In this document: positions 10,760-46,206 of the stretch, in pieces
Layout of the letters: each line of letters starts with the position of its first letter
How positions within the stretch are numbered: the stretch's first letter is position 1
Source: Macrostomum hystrix
Lineage: Eukaryota; Animalia; Platyhelminthes
Length of the DNA: 64,000 nucleotides
Direction: 5' to 3'
NCBI GenBank assembly: GCA_950097015.1
Contig: CATNEN010000024.1
Span: forward strand, 620,001-684,000
Notes under the pieces: generated by a model
The model's input: only the letters and a program-made list of their open reading frames with translations
Told to the model about the DNA's origin: nothing
Database searches by the model: none
Translations under genes and position numbers: made by a program

Positions 10760-12338
10760 CTGTCTCTTTGATGACGACAACGGCGATGGCGACATAACTC
10801 GAATTGAAGACACTTGAAGATTAACTTATTACAATTTCTAGGGAAATCAAATCGATATTAATAAGTTTAAGCTTAAATTAAGATAAGACACAATGAGAAG
10901 CCTAGCAATAAAGAACGAAATTCTGCGGGTAGCTAACTAACAACAATTCAGTCTTTCGTTATCTAGGCAAGTTGTAAATTATAAAAATAAATGCTTCATT
11001 GTTGCTAATGTAGTAGGCGCTGTGAGTGGATGATGAAGAGCAGCAGCAACTCGCCCAACAGGTTTTGAGGCCAGGTTCATGCGCACTAGCGCAAGCGTGG
11101 ATACGGAAATACGCACTGCCCGCCGGCCAGCTAAACCGCGAGAGACGAATAGAGGCCAGGAGTTTTCTAGCTCCTTCGCTGCAGTCCTCCTTGCAAGTGC
11201 AGTATCGGCTGGAAGGGCCGCCTCAATGAATGAATTGGTCGGCCAGGGCATGAGGAGGGCGTGCAGAACGAAAGTGCGCACTGGTGTAATAGGAGGGGCC
11301 AACCCTCCCCAATTGGCATATTGCCCTTCCTCTCTATCCCTTCCCCTTAGCCCCAATTTTAGTTTTAGTGGGACCATATCTGACGCCTTCAAGGTCATCG
11401 GGCCGCTGATTGGCCGGGGGCAAGGATAGAATGCCGAAGACGCCGGCCCGTGGCGGGGGTGTGAAAAGAAAGAAAAGATGATGTACGAAGGCAGCGGGGA
11501 GTCTCGTGTACAGTCAGCCCTCGTGCGAAGGGTAGAAAGATGATAATTAATAATAGCCTGCTTGTCAGTTTAAAACTATGCCTAGTGGGGTCCCAGTGTG
11601 TGCGTGTACATTGACACAACAATAATAGCACCATTCAAAAGTGAGAGTGAGTCAACCTATTTTATTTAATGAATAAAACACCATGTTATGTGCCAGAAGA
11701 GCGAAGCTCGTATTTTAATTAGTTTATTTCAAAAACCATAACGCCATTGCATAGATTTAATGCGAACTTGAAAATCACTTGATAGATTTCAATATCCGAT
11801 ATGGACATTTTTCAGCGAAGATAAACTAAGCGGAAACGTGATTAACCGAACTGGATTATTGAATCTAATTTAAACAGATTTAATAAAAACTCTGAAATTT
11901 AATAGTAAAATAATGGAATTATACAAGTGAAGTCAAAGAAAAAAGCACTTAGGAAAATAGATTTCACTCTCGTCTGGATTTTTCTTTGAGCTGCTGAGTC
12001 CAGACTCGAGACGTAAACTCGAGAAGAAAGCTGTTTTCTACTTCTTCTAACGGTGCCTGAAAAAACACTTCTATTTACTATCGTCGAGAGTTTTTATCCA
12101 TGATTAATTAGGTACGAATAGCATATTAAATGGGTCTCAAAAGAATGATCGCGCACTTGTACTGTTAGTAGCTAGATGAGAACTCTACGTGTGAATTTCA
12201 TTTATTAGTCAGCTAGATTCATTTTCGGTAATTTGTAAATCTTCATCGAAACTTAAGTTTTTAGTGGGAAGCACCAAGCAAATATTAATTTCAAATAAGC
12301 CCTATAGGTAAATTTGAAACTCCTGAACAATTGAAAGT

Positions 12339-36034
<23,696 letters not shown>

Positions 36035-36089
36035 CTGTTGATTGCGGTTTGGAAAAAAGTAATCAAAGGGAGGAAATTAATAAGGAAAC

Positions 36090-36680
36090 TCGGTTGAAGA
36101 ATCGAGGTAAAATCCAGTAAGGAAATCCAGAGGGAACCCTAGAAGGAGAATCGAGGGGGAATCCAAGTTGGAAATCCAGGAGGGAAACCCAGTAGAAAAA
36201 TCGTTCGGGAATCCAAGTTGGAAATCGGGAGGGAAACCAGGCTGAAGAATCGAGGGGGAAATCCAATCGGGAAATCCAGAGGGAACCCTAGAAGGAGAAT
36301 CGAGCGAGAATCCAAGTGGGTAATCGGGAGGGAATCCCGGTTCAAGAATTGAGGGGAATCCAAGTGGGAAATCCAGGAGGGAAACCCAGCAGTAGACTCG
36401 TGGGAGAATCCTAGTGGGAAATCCAGGAGTGAAGCCTAGTAGGAGAACGGAGGGAAAATCCAAGAGGGAAATCAGGAGGGAACCATAGAAGGAGAATCGA
36501 GGGAGAATCCAAGTAGGAAATCCAGAGGGAACCCTAGAAGGAGAATCAAGGGAGAATCCAAGTAGGAAATCCAGAGGGAACCCTAGAAGGAGAATCAAGG
36601 GAGAATCCAAGTAAGAAATCCAGAGGGAACTCTAGATGGAGAATCGAGGGAAAATCCAAGTAGGAAATCCAAGTGGGGAA
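36090..36680. repeat. Complex degenerate purine-rich array (GAGGGAAATCCAAG/GGAGAATCC cores)
   Basis: Recurring GGAAATCC and GAGAATCC motifs. Confidence 0.85.
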
Positions 36681-36711
36681 TTCGTAGTTCGCGGACCTGT
36701 CTGGACGCCCC

Positions 36712-36900
36712 CTACTCGGTGATGGCAGTGCACGGAAGTCTGTCGCTGCGGCTGCCGCTGTCGGTGACAGCCGTCGTCGCAGCTGCCAGACGAGGACAAG
36801 AAGGTGACAAAGACGCTGACGTGCCGGCCCTCTGTGTTCGCTGCCGCCGCAGAAGATCGCAGATGTTGTCGCTGATGCTGTTCGCAGCCGATGCTGACAT
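36712..36900 (-). CDS. Candidate first coding exon of the RhoGEF (MSASAANSISDNICDLLRRQ...)
   Basis: GC-rich island directly upstream of exon 36034, with an ATG in ATTATGT context. All three frames are partly open, so frame and donor are ambiguous. Confidence 0.35.
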   Translation of the reverse strand: MSASAANSISDNICDLLRRQRTQRAGTSASLSPSCPRLAAATTAVTDSGSRSDRLPCTAITE

Positions 36901-37439
36901 AATAGCGAGAGATTTTCCCGCCCGGAGAGTCCATATTTCCCACCGTTAGGAAATGGCTGACTGGGTTCTGTTAGGCTAACCTGCCTGTGCTTGCCGCTTT
37001 CTAGTACCGACAGGCGGGCGGGTTGCGGGTTTCGCTCGGGGTTGGGTTGGCGATCGAGTTCTAGATCGCCAGACCAGAGATGGGAGGAGTTTTCAAAATA
37101 CCCAACAAAGTACACGGCAACAGATGGGGCGCAAGTTATTGGCTGGGTTTAGTTAGGCGAAGCAATGTTAAAGCGGTCGACAGTTGGCGCAAAGCGAAAT
37201 GAATGCGCGCAGAGAGGCAGCTGGAAGACTGATGAAGCCTGGCCGGTAATACGACAGTGGGCCATCAATTTGTATGGGGACGCGACTGCCATTTTTGTCT
37301 CGCTGTCACCGTCTGGGGATTTTTTGGGCTGAAGTAACAATGTGGCGATGAAAACTTGCTTTTCAATATTGCTATAAAAGTACGCCATTGTTGGTTCGCA
37401 AAAGGCAGTGGTTGAAAAAGGCCACATTCATTTGCACTG

Positions 37440-38060
37440 CAGCAGTGTCACTGCAGCAGTAGCAGCAGTTGCAGCAGAAGCAGTAGAAGCAGCAGAAGCA
37501 GTAGGAGCAGTTGCAGCAGAAGCAGCAGTAGCAGCAGTTGCAGCAGTTGCAGCACAAGCAGCAGAAGCAGTAGGAGCAGTTGCCGCAGAAGCAGCAGAAG
37601 CAGCAGTAGCAGCAGTAGCAGCAGTAGCAGCAGTAGCAGCAGTAGCAGCAGTAGCAGCAGTTGCAGCAGTTGCAGCACAAGCAGCAGAAGCAGTAGGAGC
37701 AGTTGCAGCAGAAGCAGCAGTAGCAGCAGTTGCAGCAGTAGCAGCAGTAGCAGCAGTTGCAGCAGTTGCAGCAGTTGCAGCAGTAGCAGCAGTAGCAGCA
37801 GTTGCAGCAGTTGCAGCACAAGCAGCAGAAGCAGTAGCAGCAGTTGCAGCAGAAGCAGCAGTAGCAGCAGTAGCAGCAGTTGCAGCAGTTGCAACACAAG
37901 CAGCAGAAGCAGTAGCAGCAGTTGCAGCAGTATCAGCAGTTGCAGCAGTTGCAGCAGTAGCAGCAGTAGCAGCAGTTGCAGCAGTAGCAGCAGTAGCAGC
38001 AGTGGCAGCAGTATCAGCAGTAGCAGCAGTTGCAGCAGTGGCAGCAGTATCAGTAGCAGA
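37440..38060. repeat. 9-bp-periodic (GCAGCAGT[A/T])n repeat
   Basis: Trinucleotide-derived array. One minus-strand frame reads (Thr-Ala-Ala)n. Confidence 0.95.
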
Positions 38061-38534
38061 CTTCGAGTAGTGGACAGACTTCGAATGCAAGTTCTTGTAG
38101 CAATGTGATCCGTAGTACTTTACATAGTCAGTTAAACTCTGCCAAGTTTCTAGTTATTGTGCAGCTGTGGCAGTCCAGCCATATATCTATAGATGGCACT
38201 TGAATTAACCCACCATAAACTGAAGTTTGGTATTAAAATCTTGTAATCTGCACCCAGATGTATTTTGGCATGGACACACAATAGTAAACTAGGTGCGCGC
38301 ATTATCCAGCATCTACATAGGCTAAATAGGAATTTGCCTTTATTTGTCCCCTTTTCAATCTTGGCTAGTGCGCGACGCACGTCATTTTACAAGGGGGGTT
38401 GATTGGAGAATTAAATGGAAAGTTCGTAGACTTTTTTAGCTTTTTTAGAAAGCATTTATAGGGGAAATGCATCTCTGTGTATAAATTTTCACGTGGACTT
38501 TGTTTATCTTCTACTTAAGGTCAGCCCGTGGATA

Positions 38535-39410
38535 TGCTGTCCACACAGCCATAGATATTCTGTCCACAAAGCCATAGATATTCTGTCCACAAAGCCATAG
38601 ATATTCTGTCCACAAAGCCATAGATATTCTGTCCACAAAGCCATAGATATTCTGTCCACAAAGCCATAGATATTCTGTCCACAAAGCCATAGATATTCTG
38701 TCCACAAAACCATAGATATTCTGTCCACAAAGCCATAGATATTCTGTCCACAAAGCCATAGATATTCTGTCCACAAAGCCATAGATATTCTGTCCACAAA
38801 GCCATAGATATTCTGTCCACAAAGCCATAGATATTCTGTCCACACAGCCATAGATATTCTGTCCACAAAGCCATAGATATTCGGTCCTCAAAGCCATAGA
38901 TATTCGGTCCACAAAGCCATACATATGTCTAGAAAGCCATAGATACTCTGTTCAAAAAGCCATAGATATTCTGTCCTCTAAGCCATAGATATTCTGTCCT
39001 CTAAGACATAGATATTCTGTCCTCTAAGGCTCTAAGCCATAGATATTCTGTCCTCTAAGGCTCTAAGCCATAGATATTCTGTCCTCTAAGGCTCTAAGCC
39101 ATAGATATTCTGTCCTCTAAGGCTCTAAGGCGCTAAGCCATAGATATTCTGTCCTCTAAGGCTCTAAGCCATAGATATTCTGTCCTCTAAGGCTCTAAGC
39201 CATAGATATTCTGTCCTCTAAGGCTCTAAGCCATAGATATTCTGTCCTCTAAGGCTCTAAGCCATAGATATTCTGTCCTCTAAGGCTCTAAGCCATAGAT
39301 ATTCTGTCCTCTAAGGCTCTAAGCCATAGATATTCTGTCCTCTAAGGCTCTAAGCCATAGATATTCTGTCCTCTAAGGCTCTAAGCCATAGATATTCTAT
39401 CCACAAAGCC
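38535..39410. repeat. 22-bp minisatellite (AAGCCATAGATATTCTGTCCAC)n switching to a longer ~32-bp variant
   Basis: Unit length changes at about 39000 by gain of a CTCTAAGG-type segment. Confidence 0.95.
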
Positions 39411-39849
39411 ATTCCTAATCGTACTTTATTATACCAAATTGGCGCAATTTATGGCAAATGATACTTTTGTACTTCTGTACACCGGCAGTTCTTTAATTTT
39501 GATTCGCTAAAAACTTTTAGGCCTAATTTAGAATTGCCTTGCAAGCATCTGGTGCGCAGGCAGCAGCCGAGCGTGGCTGAATTTCTTTTGAATTTCAAAA
39601 ATCTTTTTTTCTTTTAATCTAGAATGTTTGAATGCATTGTAGACGACGCAGTTCTATATGGAAATAAAAAAGATCTGCTTCTACTAAAAAGCAGAAGAGG
39701 TCTGGTTGGGCAGGCCTAACTGAAAAGTCATCTGATTTCTCTTTATCTGTTCATAGCCATATCACGGTTCATGCCAGACTTGGCTCATAATGTGGGCAAT
39801 TCTAGATTGACAAGATGGGACACGAGAGCAAATTACTATTACTACTCGA

Positions 39850-40395
39850 TCTACAACCTGAAGGATCAGGGAAGGAAGCCTCTATCTACAACCTGAAGGA
39901 TCAGGGACAGAAGCCTCAATCTACAACCTGAAGGATCAGGGACAGAAGCCTCTATCTACAACCTGAAGGATCAGGGACAGAAGCCTCAATCTAAAACCTG
40001 AAGGATCAGGGACAGAAGCCTCTATCTACAACCTGAAGGATCAGGGACAGAAGCCTCTATCTACAACCTGAAGGATCAGGGACAGAAGCCTCTATCTACA
40101 ACCTGAAGGATCAGGGAAAGAAGCCTCTATCTACAACCTGAAGGATCAGGGACAGAAGCCTTTATCTACAACCTGAAGGATCAGGGACAGAAGCCTCTAT
40201 CTACAACCTGAAGGATCAGGGACAGAAGCCTCTATCTACAGCCTGAAGGATCAGGGACAGAAGCCTCTATCTACAGCCTGAAGGATCAGGGACAGAAGCC
40301 TCTATCTACAGCCTGAAGGATCAGGGACAGAAGCCTCTATCTACTACATGAAGGATCAGGGACAGAAGCCTCTATCTACAACCTGAAGGATCAGG
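39850..40395. repeat. 35-bp minisatellite (ATCTACAACCTGAAGGATCAGGGACAGAAGCCTCT)n
   Basis: About 15 units. Confidence 0.95.
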
Positions 40396-41269
40396 CTGTT
40401 TTTGCTGGTTTTGATAGAATAGAACATTGATAGTGATTCGCACAATGGGGATATTCCGTTTGTCCAAACAGAACTGGACAGAGGTTCGGTCTCGAAATCG
40501 TGATTTACAGCGAGTGGAAGAGAGAGAGAGATAGAGGGGAAAGGTGGAAGAGATTGGTTGCTGCCTGACCAGATATTCTGCTTTCCAGTATTCTTTGCAA
40601 TTTGCTTTCTTCTATGGCATTGCCTCTAGGCTGCTAAATTCTGTCTTTCTTCCCTCGGCATGTCGAAGCTGCAAGTTACACAGATTGTGGTGGGGGCCAT
40701 GGGGTTGTTGGCAAGGGTCCATATCGGCTGCTTCAGTATTCACGGCTGTGGGAATGTTCTTGCCTAGTACATATTTGGGAGGTGTACAAACTATGTGCAA
40801 GCGAAAGCATCACAGCGATGCTTGATAGATTAGATTGGCATGTAGGCGGACATACACAGATATATGATATTAACTATTAAGCGTTGCACAGAAAGATAGA
40901 TACAAAAGGTCTCGCTTAGAAAATAGAATGGAACAGAAATGAAACGCATTTTCACTTCTGCCACGCCTGCAGCGCTGCAGAATTTTCTTGTCAGTCCGTC
41001 TCTCGATCACTGATTCGACATTTCATTGCAATCGGCCTTTCTTCTTTATTCATCGTTTTTTTTCTCGTCCAGGCTTTTTTTCGAAGCCATTCTCGTGACG
41101 TCAATTGCATCCTCCGCGACTGGCCGTGTCGTCCGGACTGCAACTAAAACAGGCTTCCAGAATCGGAAAAATGGGCACCACTTCTGCCTTCTACCTGATG
41201 ACTAATGACTATTGTTTTCAACTTGAAGCTGTTGCCATGCTAGTTGCTAAAGTACGTTTTAAGGGGAAC

Positions 41270-41480
41270 AGAATTTCCGGATTCGCAGAATTTTCAGATT
41301 TGCCGAATTTCCGGATTCGCAGAATTTTCAGATTTGCCGAATTTCCGGATTCGCAGAATTTTTAGATTTGCCGAATTTTCGGATTCGCAGAATTTTCAGA
41401 TTTGCCGAATTTTCGGATTCGCTGAATTTTCGGATTCTCTGAATTTTCGGATTCGCTGAATCGGAATCGGAATTTTCCGA
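41270..41480. repeat. 34-bp (2x17) minisatellite (GAATTTCCGGATTCGCAGAATTTTCAGATTTGCC)n
   Basis: Tandem units that decay towards the 3' end. Confidence 0.88.
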
Positions 41481-42064
41481 TTTGACAAATTTCGGTTCGC
41501 CAAAATCAGTTGCAGAGGCAACACCACAGAAACCCTACGAAAGTAAAAAAAGATAATCTAATCGATGCGGCGATGTAAGGAAACTGTATTCTAGACACTT
41601 GCTTTAGAATTGAGAGGCCGATCACCGCTGTCTTAACAGTGCTTAGATCCATTCACGTCTCAAGTTTATCACGCCTTTAGAATCGATAAGTTCGACGATG
41701 CTCTCAATACGCTACTGGCAGCGTCAGTAGCGTATATTATGCTAATACGAGCGATTATCTGCCTCGTTTTGTAACATTCGAGAATTTGGAATGCAAGACC
41801 AATCACGTGAAAAGTCTGTAAATATTTAGTAAAATATGAAAAGTTAAATGATCCCACACAACAAAACCTAAAAAAATGTTCAACAACAAATTGGAATTAC
41901 TGTATTATAATCATAAACAAGTTGAACTCCTCCTTCGGAGGACATTTAAAGAGATTAAAACTTTCTACCAAGGACCACAAGAAGGACGGGACACATCGTT
42001 TCTTGGAAAATATATTGGAAATTATATAGTATCTTTTAATATATCTAGCAACAAGTTTTGCAAG

Positions 42065-42241
42065 TGTCATGAGTATAGCGTCTGTGCACAAGTTTGTACA
42101 CCCGTCTAGGTGTACATGCTAGCGTTCTCTCTCTCATGCTACCATATTATGTAATCGCGTCTGGCTCTGCGTGTGCTACTTATATATCGGCTGAAGCCAA
42201 ATAGATTGGTTGGAGCTTTGCTCTCGTCCGCGCTCATCACA
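42065..42241 (+). repeat. 5' LTR
   Basis: 177-bp direct repeat, TGTCATGAG...CATCACA. Confidence 0.95.
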
Positions 42242-42273
42242 TGGCATCGCAAGCTACAGTAATTTAATAGTGC

Positions 42274-45200
42274 ATGGACCTGAAACCGCCCGGAGAGTTG
42301 GAGACCGACTCCAACGAGACTTGGAAACGATGGCGTCAGAAATTCATGATCTACCTCAGGGCCACAGGCATTGTTGAAGAAGAGCGCCGAATCAATTTGT
42401 TCCTGCACCTCATCGGTGACACCGGGCTGGACATCTACAACACGCTAGAATTTGAAGACGGTGAAGAGGAGGAAAAAAGCACCGCTGATAAACGCCGAAC
42501 TCTAGAAGATGTTTTGGGACTTTTCGATGAGCATTTTAGCCCGCGCACTAGCGAAGTGTTCGAACGATTCAAGTTCTGGGAGCGAGACCAGAAAGAAGCG
42601 GAGCCTGTGGACCTATTTGTGACCGATTTGAAGCGCCTTGCCACAACGTGCAACTTCGACACTCAAAAAGAAAAAATGATCCGGGACAAGATCGTCTTGG
42701 GCTGCAATGACTCTCGAATGCGAGAGCGGCTACTCCGAGAGCCGGAGCTCGATCTGAGAACGGCGATCGACATGTGCCGAGCTGCTGAATCCGCCAAGCA
42801 TCAGATGAAGGAAGTCGAGAAAGGCCTGAACTCCGTAAGAGCGTCATCTTCGTTAAGTCAAGTGACCACACGACAGCATTCAAGCGTTAGCCATGGCAAC
42901 TCAGCACCCAGCGCACAAGCAGACACTCGAAGTCAGTTTGGAGCGAACGCCGCTCGCACAGCTCCGACTCAGCAGTTTGCACGCTGCAACCACTGCGGAT
43001 ACGGTCATCGTGAAGGCAAGTGTCCTGCTTTCGGTAAGCGATGCTTGAGTTGTGGCCGCATGAATCACTTCCGTAGTCAGTGCCAGAGTAAAAGCCAGAA
43101 AGTCATGACTGTGGGTGTCGCGGAAGCTGCTGAGCCCCGTCCTGACGGGGATGAGGTTTGCTTCATCGGAACACTGCAGTCTGATGGTGAATCAGCTTGG
43201 TTAGCCGAAGTCCAGCTGCCAAATGGTGAGAGGCTGAAATGTAAAATGGACACTGGAGCAGAGGTGAACGTGTTGCCTGCTCACCTGCTTCCGGCTGGGG
43301 AGCAGCTGTGCACCACTCGAACAGTTCTAACTGCCTTTGGCGGAGCGCGCATTCCGGTTCTTGGGAAGTGCAGGCTGATGGTAAAGGTGCAGGGCAAGTC
43401 ATCTGAGCTGGAGTTCATGGTGTCAGATGTGAAGCAAGGCATCCTGGGCCTTCCAGCGCTGAGTGCATTGGACCTTGTCCGACGTGTTGAGGTTGTCTGT
43501 CGGCAACCATGTATCGATGAGAACTTTGTACTTAAGGAGTTCGCTGACCTATTCGATGAAAAGTTAGGCTGCCTGCCGTACGTACACTCTTTCACCCTGG
43601 ATGATCGTGTCATGCCGGTAGTCAACGCGCCTCGAAAGATCCCGTTTGCCTTGCAAGAGAAGGTTCAAGAGGAGTTGCAGCGTATGGAATCGCTTGGAGT
43701 CATAGTGAAAGTTGCTGAGCCTACTGACTGGGTTAATTCTCTGGTCACGGTTCACAAGCCCGATGGTAGTCTGCGGCTCTGCATAGATCCAACGCATCTT
43801 AATAAGGCCATTAAGCGCGCTCACTACCCAATGACGACGGTGGAGCAAGTTATAGCGCGAATCCCAGGAGCCAAGTTTTTCACAGTTCTGGATGCAAAGA
43901 CTGGCTTTTGGCAAATCAGACTCCATGAAAAATGCTCGGAACTGTGTACTTTCAACACCCCATGGGGCAGGTACAAGTTTGTGCGACTGCCCCCTGGAAC
44001 AATCGATGCTCCCGAAGTTTATCAACGTGAGCTTAGCAAGATCTTCAGCAGCTGGGCTGAGGTCATTGTTGACGACATGCTGGTCTGGGGAAAGACGCGC
44101 GAGGAGCACGACCAGAAGCTATTGAAGGTCCTCAACGAGGCTCGAAGAGTGAATTTGAAGCTTAATCGCAGGAAGTTGAGGGTTGGCGTCTCGTCTGTCA
44201 ACTATGTCGGTCATGTGATCTCTTCTGATGGAGTGATGCCAGACCCTGTTAAGGTGAAAGCAATCCAGGAGCTTCCAGTGCCCGAGGACAAGCAGGCGGT
44301 GATGCGGCTGCTGGGCATGGCCACCTACCTCGGCAAATTCATTCCGAAAGCGTCAGACCTAACGGATCCACTTCGCTCGCTTTTAAAGAAGGATGTGCTG
44401 TTCGACTGGCAGGAAAGGCAGCAAAAAGCTTTTGAGAAGCTGAAAGAAGTATTGACGCAAGCACCCGTATTAAGGCTGTTTGATCCTACAGTAGATGTCG
44501 AGTTGCAAGTTGACAGTTCATCTGTTGGAGTTGGTTGTGCGTTGCTACAGAATGGACAGCCTGTCGCGTATGGTTCCGCAGCTTTGACTTCGACGCAGAA
44601 AAATTATGCCCAGATTGAGAAGGAGACGCTGGCTGTCGTGATTGCTTGCAAAAAGTTTCATGACTACGTCTATGGCCTACCAGTGGTTCGAGTCACGACT
44701 GATCACAAGCCGCTGGAGATAATTTTCAAACGGGATTTGGTTCACGCCCCACCGAGAATTGCTCGAATGCTGTACCAGCTCAAAAGGTACAATCTGAAGG
44801 TCTCGTGGTCACCAGGATCCAAGATGCAGATTGCCGACACGTTGTCAAGAGCGTACTTGCCAGAGACCGAGGCAGCTTTGGATGATGAAATCGAGGTGGA
44901 GGTCCACCAGCTGTGCAGGAGTCTACCGATATCTGCCGTTCGGATGCAAGAAATTCGTGACGAGACTAGCAAGGATCGCGATTTGTCTCTTGTGGCACAG
45001 TTCGTTCAGGATGGTTGGCCAACAGATTACCGCCGTGTTTGTTCATCTATCCGTCCTTACTGGAGCTTCAAGGAAGAACTGGTCTATCACGAAGGCGTAC
45101 TGCTGAAGGTGAACCGTGTCATTGTGCCTGTCTCACTGCGTCAGAAGATCCTGGAGATTCTGCACGAAGGCCATGCTGGAATGGGCAAGACCGAAGCGCG

Positions 45201-46206
45201 TGCGCGTCAGATTCTGTACTGGCCTGGAATGTCAGCCGATATCAAACGGTTCGTGAGTCGCTGCACTACGTGCCAGGCATTTCAGCCTGCCAATCCAAGG
45301 GAGCCGCTGATGAGCCATCAGGTTCCAGATTCACCATGGACAAAGGTTGGCTGCGATTTGCTCGACTTTAAGGGTGACAAGTGGCTGGTCGTTACATGTT
45401 ACTACAGCAATTGGATTGAGTTGGCAAAACTGGGCCAGCAGTCAGGAGCTGCTCTGGTAATTTCTAGAATAAAGTCTATGTTTGCCAGGTTCGGAATCGT
45501 CAAGGAGCTGGTCAGCGACAATGGACCCCCGTTTAGCTCATTCAAGTTTCAAGAGTTTGCTGCTGAGTTCGGTTTCCGACACACGCGATCGTCTCCAGGT
45601 CATGCGCAGTCTAATGGAATGGCTGAGAAGGCAGTCAAAGTGGCAAAGAGCATTCTGCGGAAATCGGACCAGCCGGAGGTAGCGCTGATGGAATATCGGG
45701 CGTCACCGATCAGTGGAACCAAAACTAGTCCGAGTGAGCTAATGTTCGGTCGGCTGATTCGGACGAAGCTGCCAGCAGACAGCAGAGCATTGGTCCAGAA
45801 CAGGACAACCGAGTTCTCCAAGGCTCCGCTGCAGGCGGTTCAACAGCGTTACTACGACCAGCATAGCCGAACTCTACCAGAACTGCATGTCGGTGATGCT
45901 GTCCGCTACCGTCAAGATTTCAAATGGGAGCCAGCAGTCGTCGTGGAAGCTGATCCGGCTCTGCGCTCCTACCGGGTGCAGACGCAACACGGCCGTGAGC
46001 TCGTTCGGAACCGTCGGGACCTTCATCTGGTTCCGCAACAAGCCACTCCAGAGGCTGAGGACGTCGTCGCAGCGAGACAAGAGGGCACAACCAGTCCGGA
46101 AGCAACGGCAGCAGATCGAGCACCTGCTGAGGCTGGCGAGCTTCCGCGGCGGTCGGCCAGGACCACAAAGGGCGTGTTGCCTGCCCGCTACCGATCTGAT
46201 GACTGA
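42274..46206 (+). CDS. Single-ORF Gag-Pol polyprotein (Gag, double zinc knuckle, protease, RT, RNase H, integrase), 1310 aa
   Basis: C..CG..H...CPA.GK.C..C...NHF...C, DTGAEVN, LDAKTGFWQI, IVDD, VDSS, IEKETLA, TDHKPL, ADTLSR, HEGH..C..C, CDL/SDNG/MAEKAV. PR-RT-RH-IN order. Confidence 0.96.
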   Translation: MDLKPPGELETDSNETWKRWRQKFMIYLRATGIVEEERRINLFLHLIGDTGLDIYNTLEFEDGEEEEKSTADKRRTLEDVLGLFDEHFSPRTSEVFERFKFWERDQKEAEPVDLFVTDLKRLATTCNFDTQKEKMIRDKIVLGCNDSRMRERLLREPELDLRTAIDMCRAAESAKHQMKEVEKGLNSVRASSSLSQVTTRQHSSVSHGNSAPSAQADTRSQFGANAARTAPTQQFARCNHCGYGHREGKCPAFGKRCLSCGRMNHFRSQCQSKSQKVMTVGVAEAAEPRPDGDEVCFIGTLQSDGESAWLAEVQLPNGERLKCKMDTGAEVNVLPAHLLPAGEQLCTTRTVLTAFGGARIPVLGKCRLMVKVQGKSSELEFMVSDVKQGILGLPALSALDLVRRVEVVCRQPCIDENFVLKEFADLFDEKLGCLPYVHSFTLDDRVMPVVNAPRKIPFALQEKVQEELQRMESLGVIVKVAEPTDWVNSLVTVHKPDGSLRLCIDPTHLNKAIKRAHYPMTTVEQVIARIPGAKFFTVLDAKTGFWQIRLHEKCSELCTFNTPWGRYKFVRLPPGTIDAPEVYQRELSKIFSSWAEVIVDDMLVWGKTREEHDQKLLKVLNEARRVNLKLNRRKLRVGVSSVNYVGHVISSDGVMPDPVKVKAIQELPVPEDKQAVMRLLGMATYLGKFIPKASDLTDPLRSLLKKDVLFDWQERQQKAFEKLKEVLTQAPVLRLFDPTVDVELQVDSSSVGVGCALLQNGQPVAYGSAALTSTQKNYAQIEKETLAVVIACKKFHDYVYGLPVVRVTTDHKPLEIIFKRDLVHAPPRIARMLYQLKRYNLKVSWSPGSKMQIADTLSRAYLPETEAALDDEIEVEVHQLCRSLPISAVRMQEIRDETSKDRDLSLVAQFVQDGWPTDYRRVCSSIRPYWSFKEELVYHEGVLLKVNRVIVPVSLRQKILEILHEGHAGMGKTEARARQILYWPGMSADIKRFVSRCTTCQAFQPANPREPLMSHQVPDSPWTKVGCDLLDFKGDKWLVVTCYYSNWIELAKLGQQSGAALVISRIKSMFARFGIVKELVSDNGPPFSSFKFQEFAAEFGFRHTRSSPGHAQSNGMAEKAVKVAKSILRKSDQPEVALMEYRASPISGTKTSPSELMFGRLIRTKLPADSRALVQNRTTEFSKAPLQAVQQRYYDQHSRTLPELHVGDAVRYRQDFKWEPAVVVEADPALRSYRVQTQHGRELVRNRRDLHLVPQQATPEAEDVVAARQEGTTSPEATAADRAPAEAGELPRRSARTTKGVLPARYRSDD

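Noticed and set aside
36632-36943. N-terminal PDZ domain expected for RhoGEF2-type proteins
   Set aside because: No GLGF-like loop or PDZ pattern in any frame. It may be absent or lie in exons I did not find.
44065-44085. RT catalytic motif IVDD lacking Tyr, as a sign of inactivity
   Set aside because: Non-Tyr xxDD variants are common in Mag-group RTs as I recall, so this is not unusual by itself.
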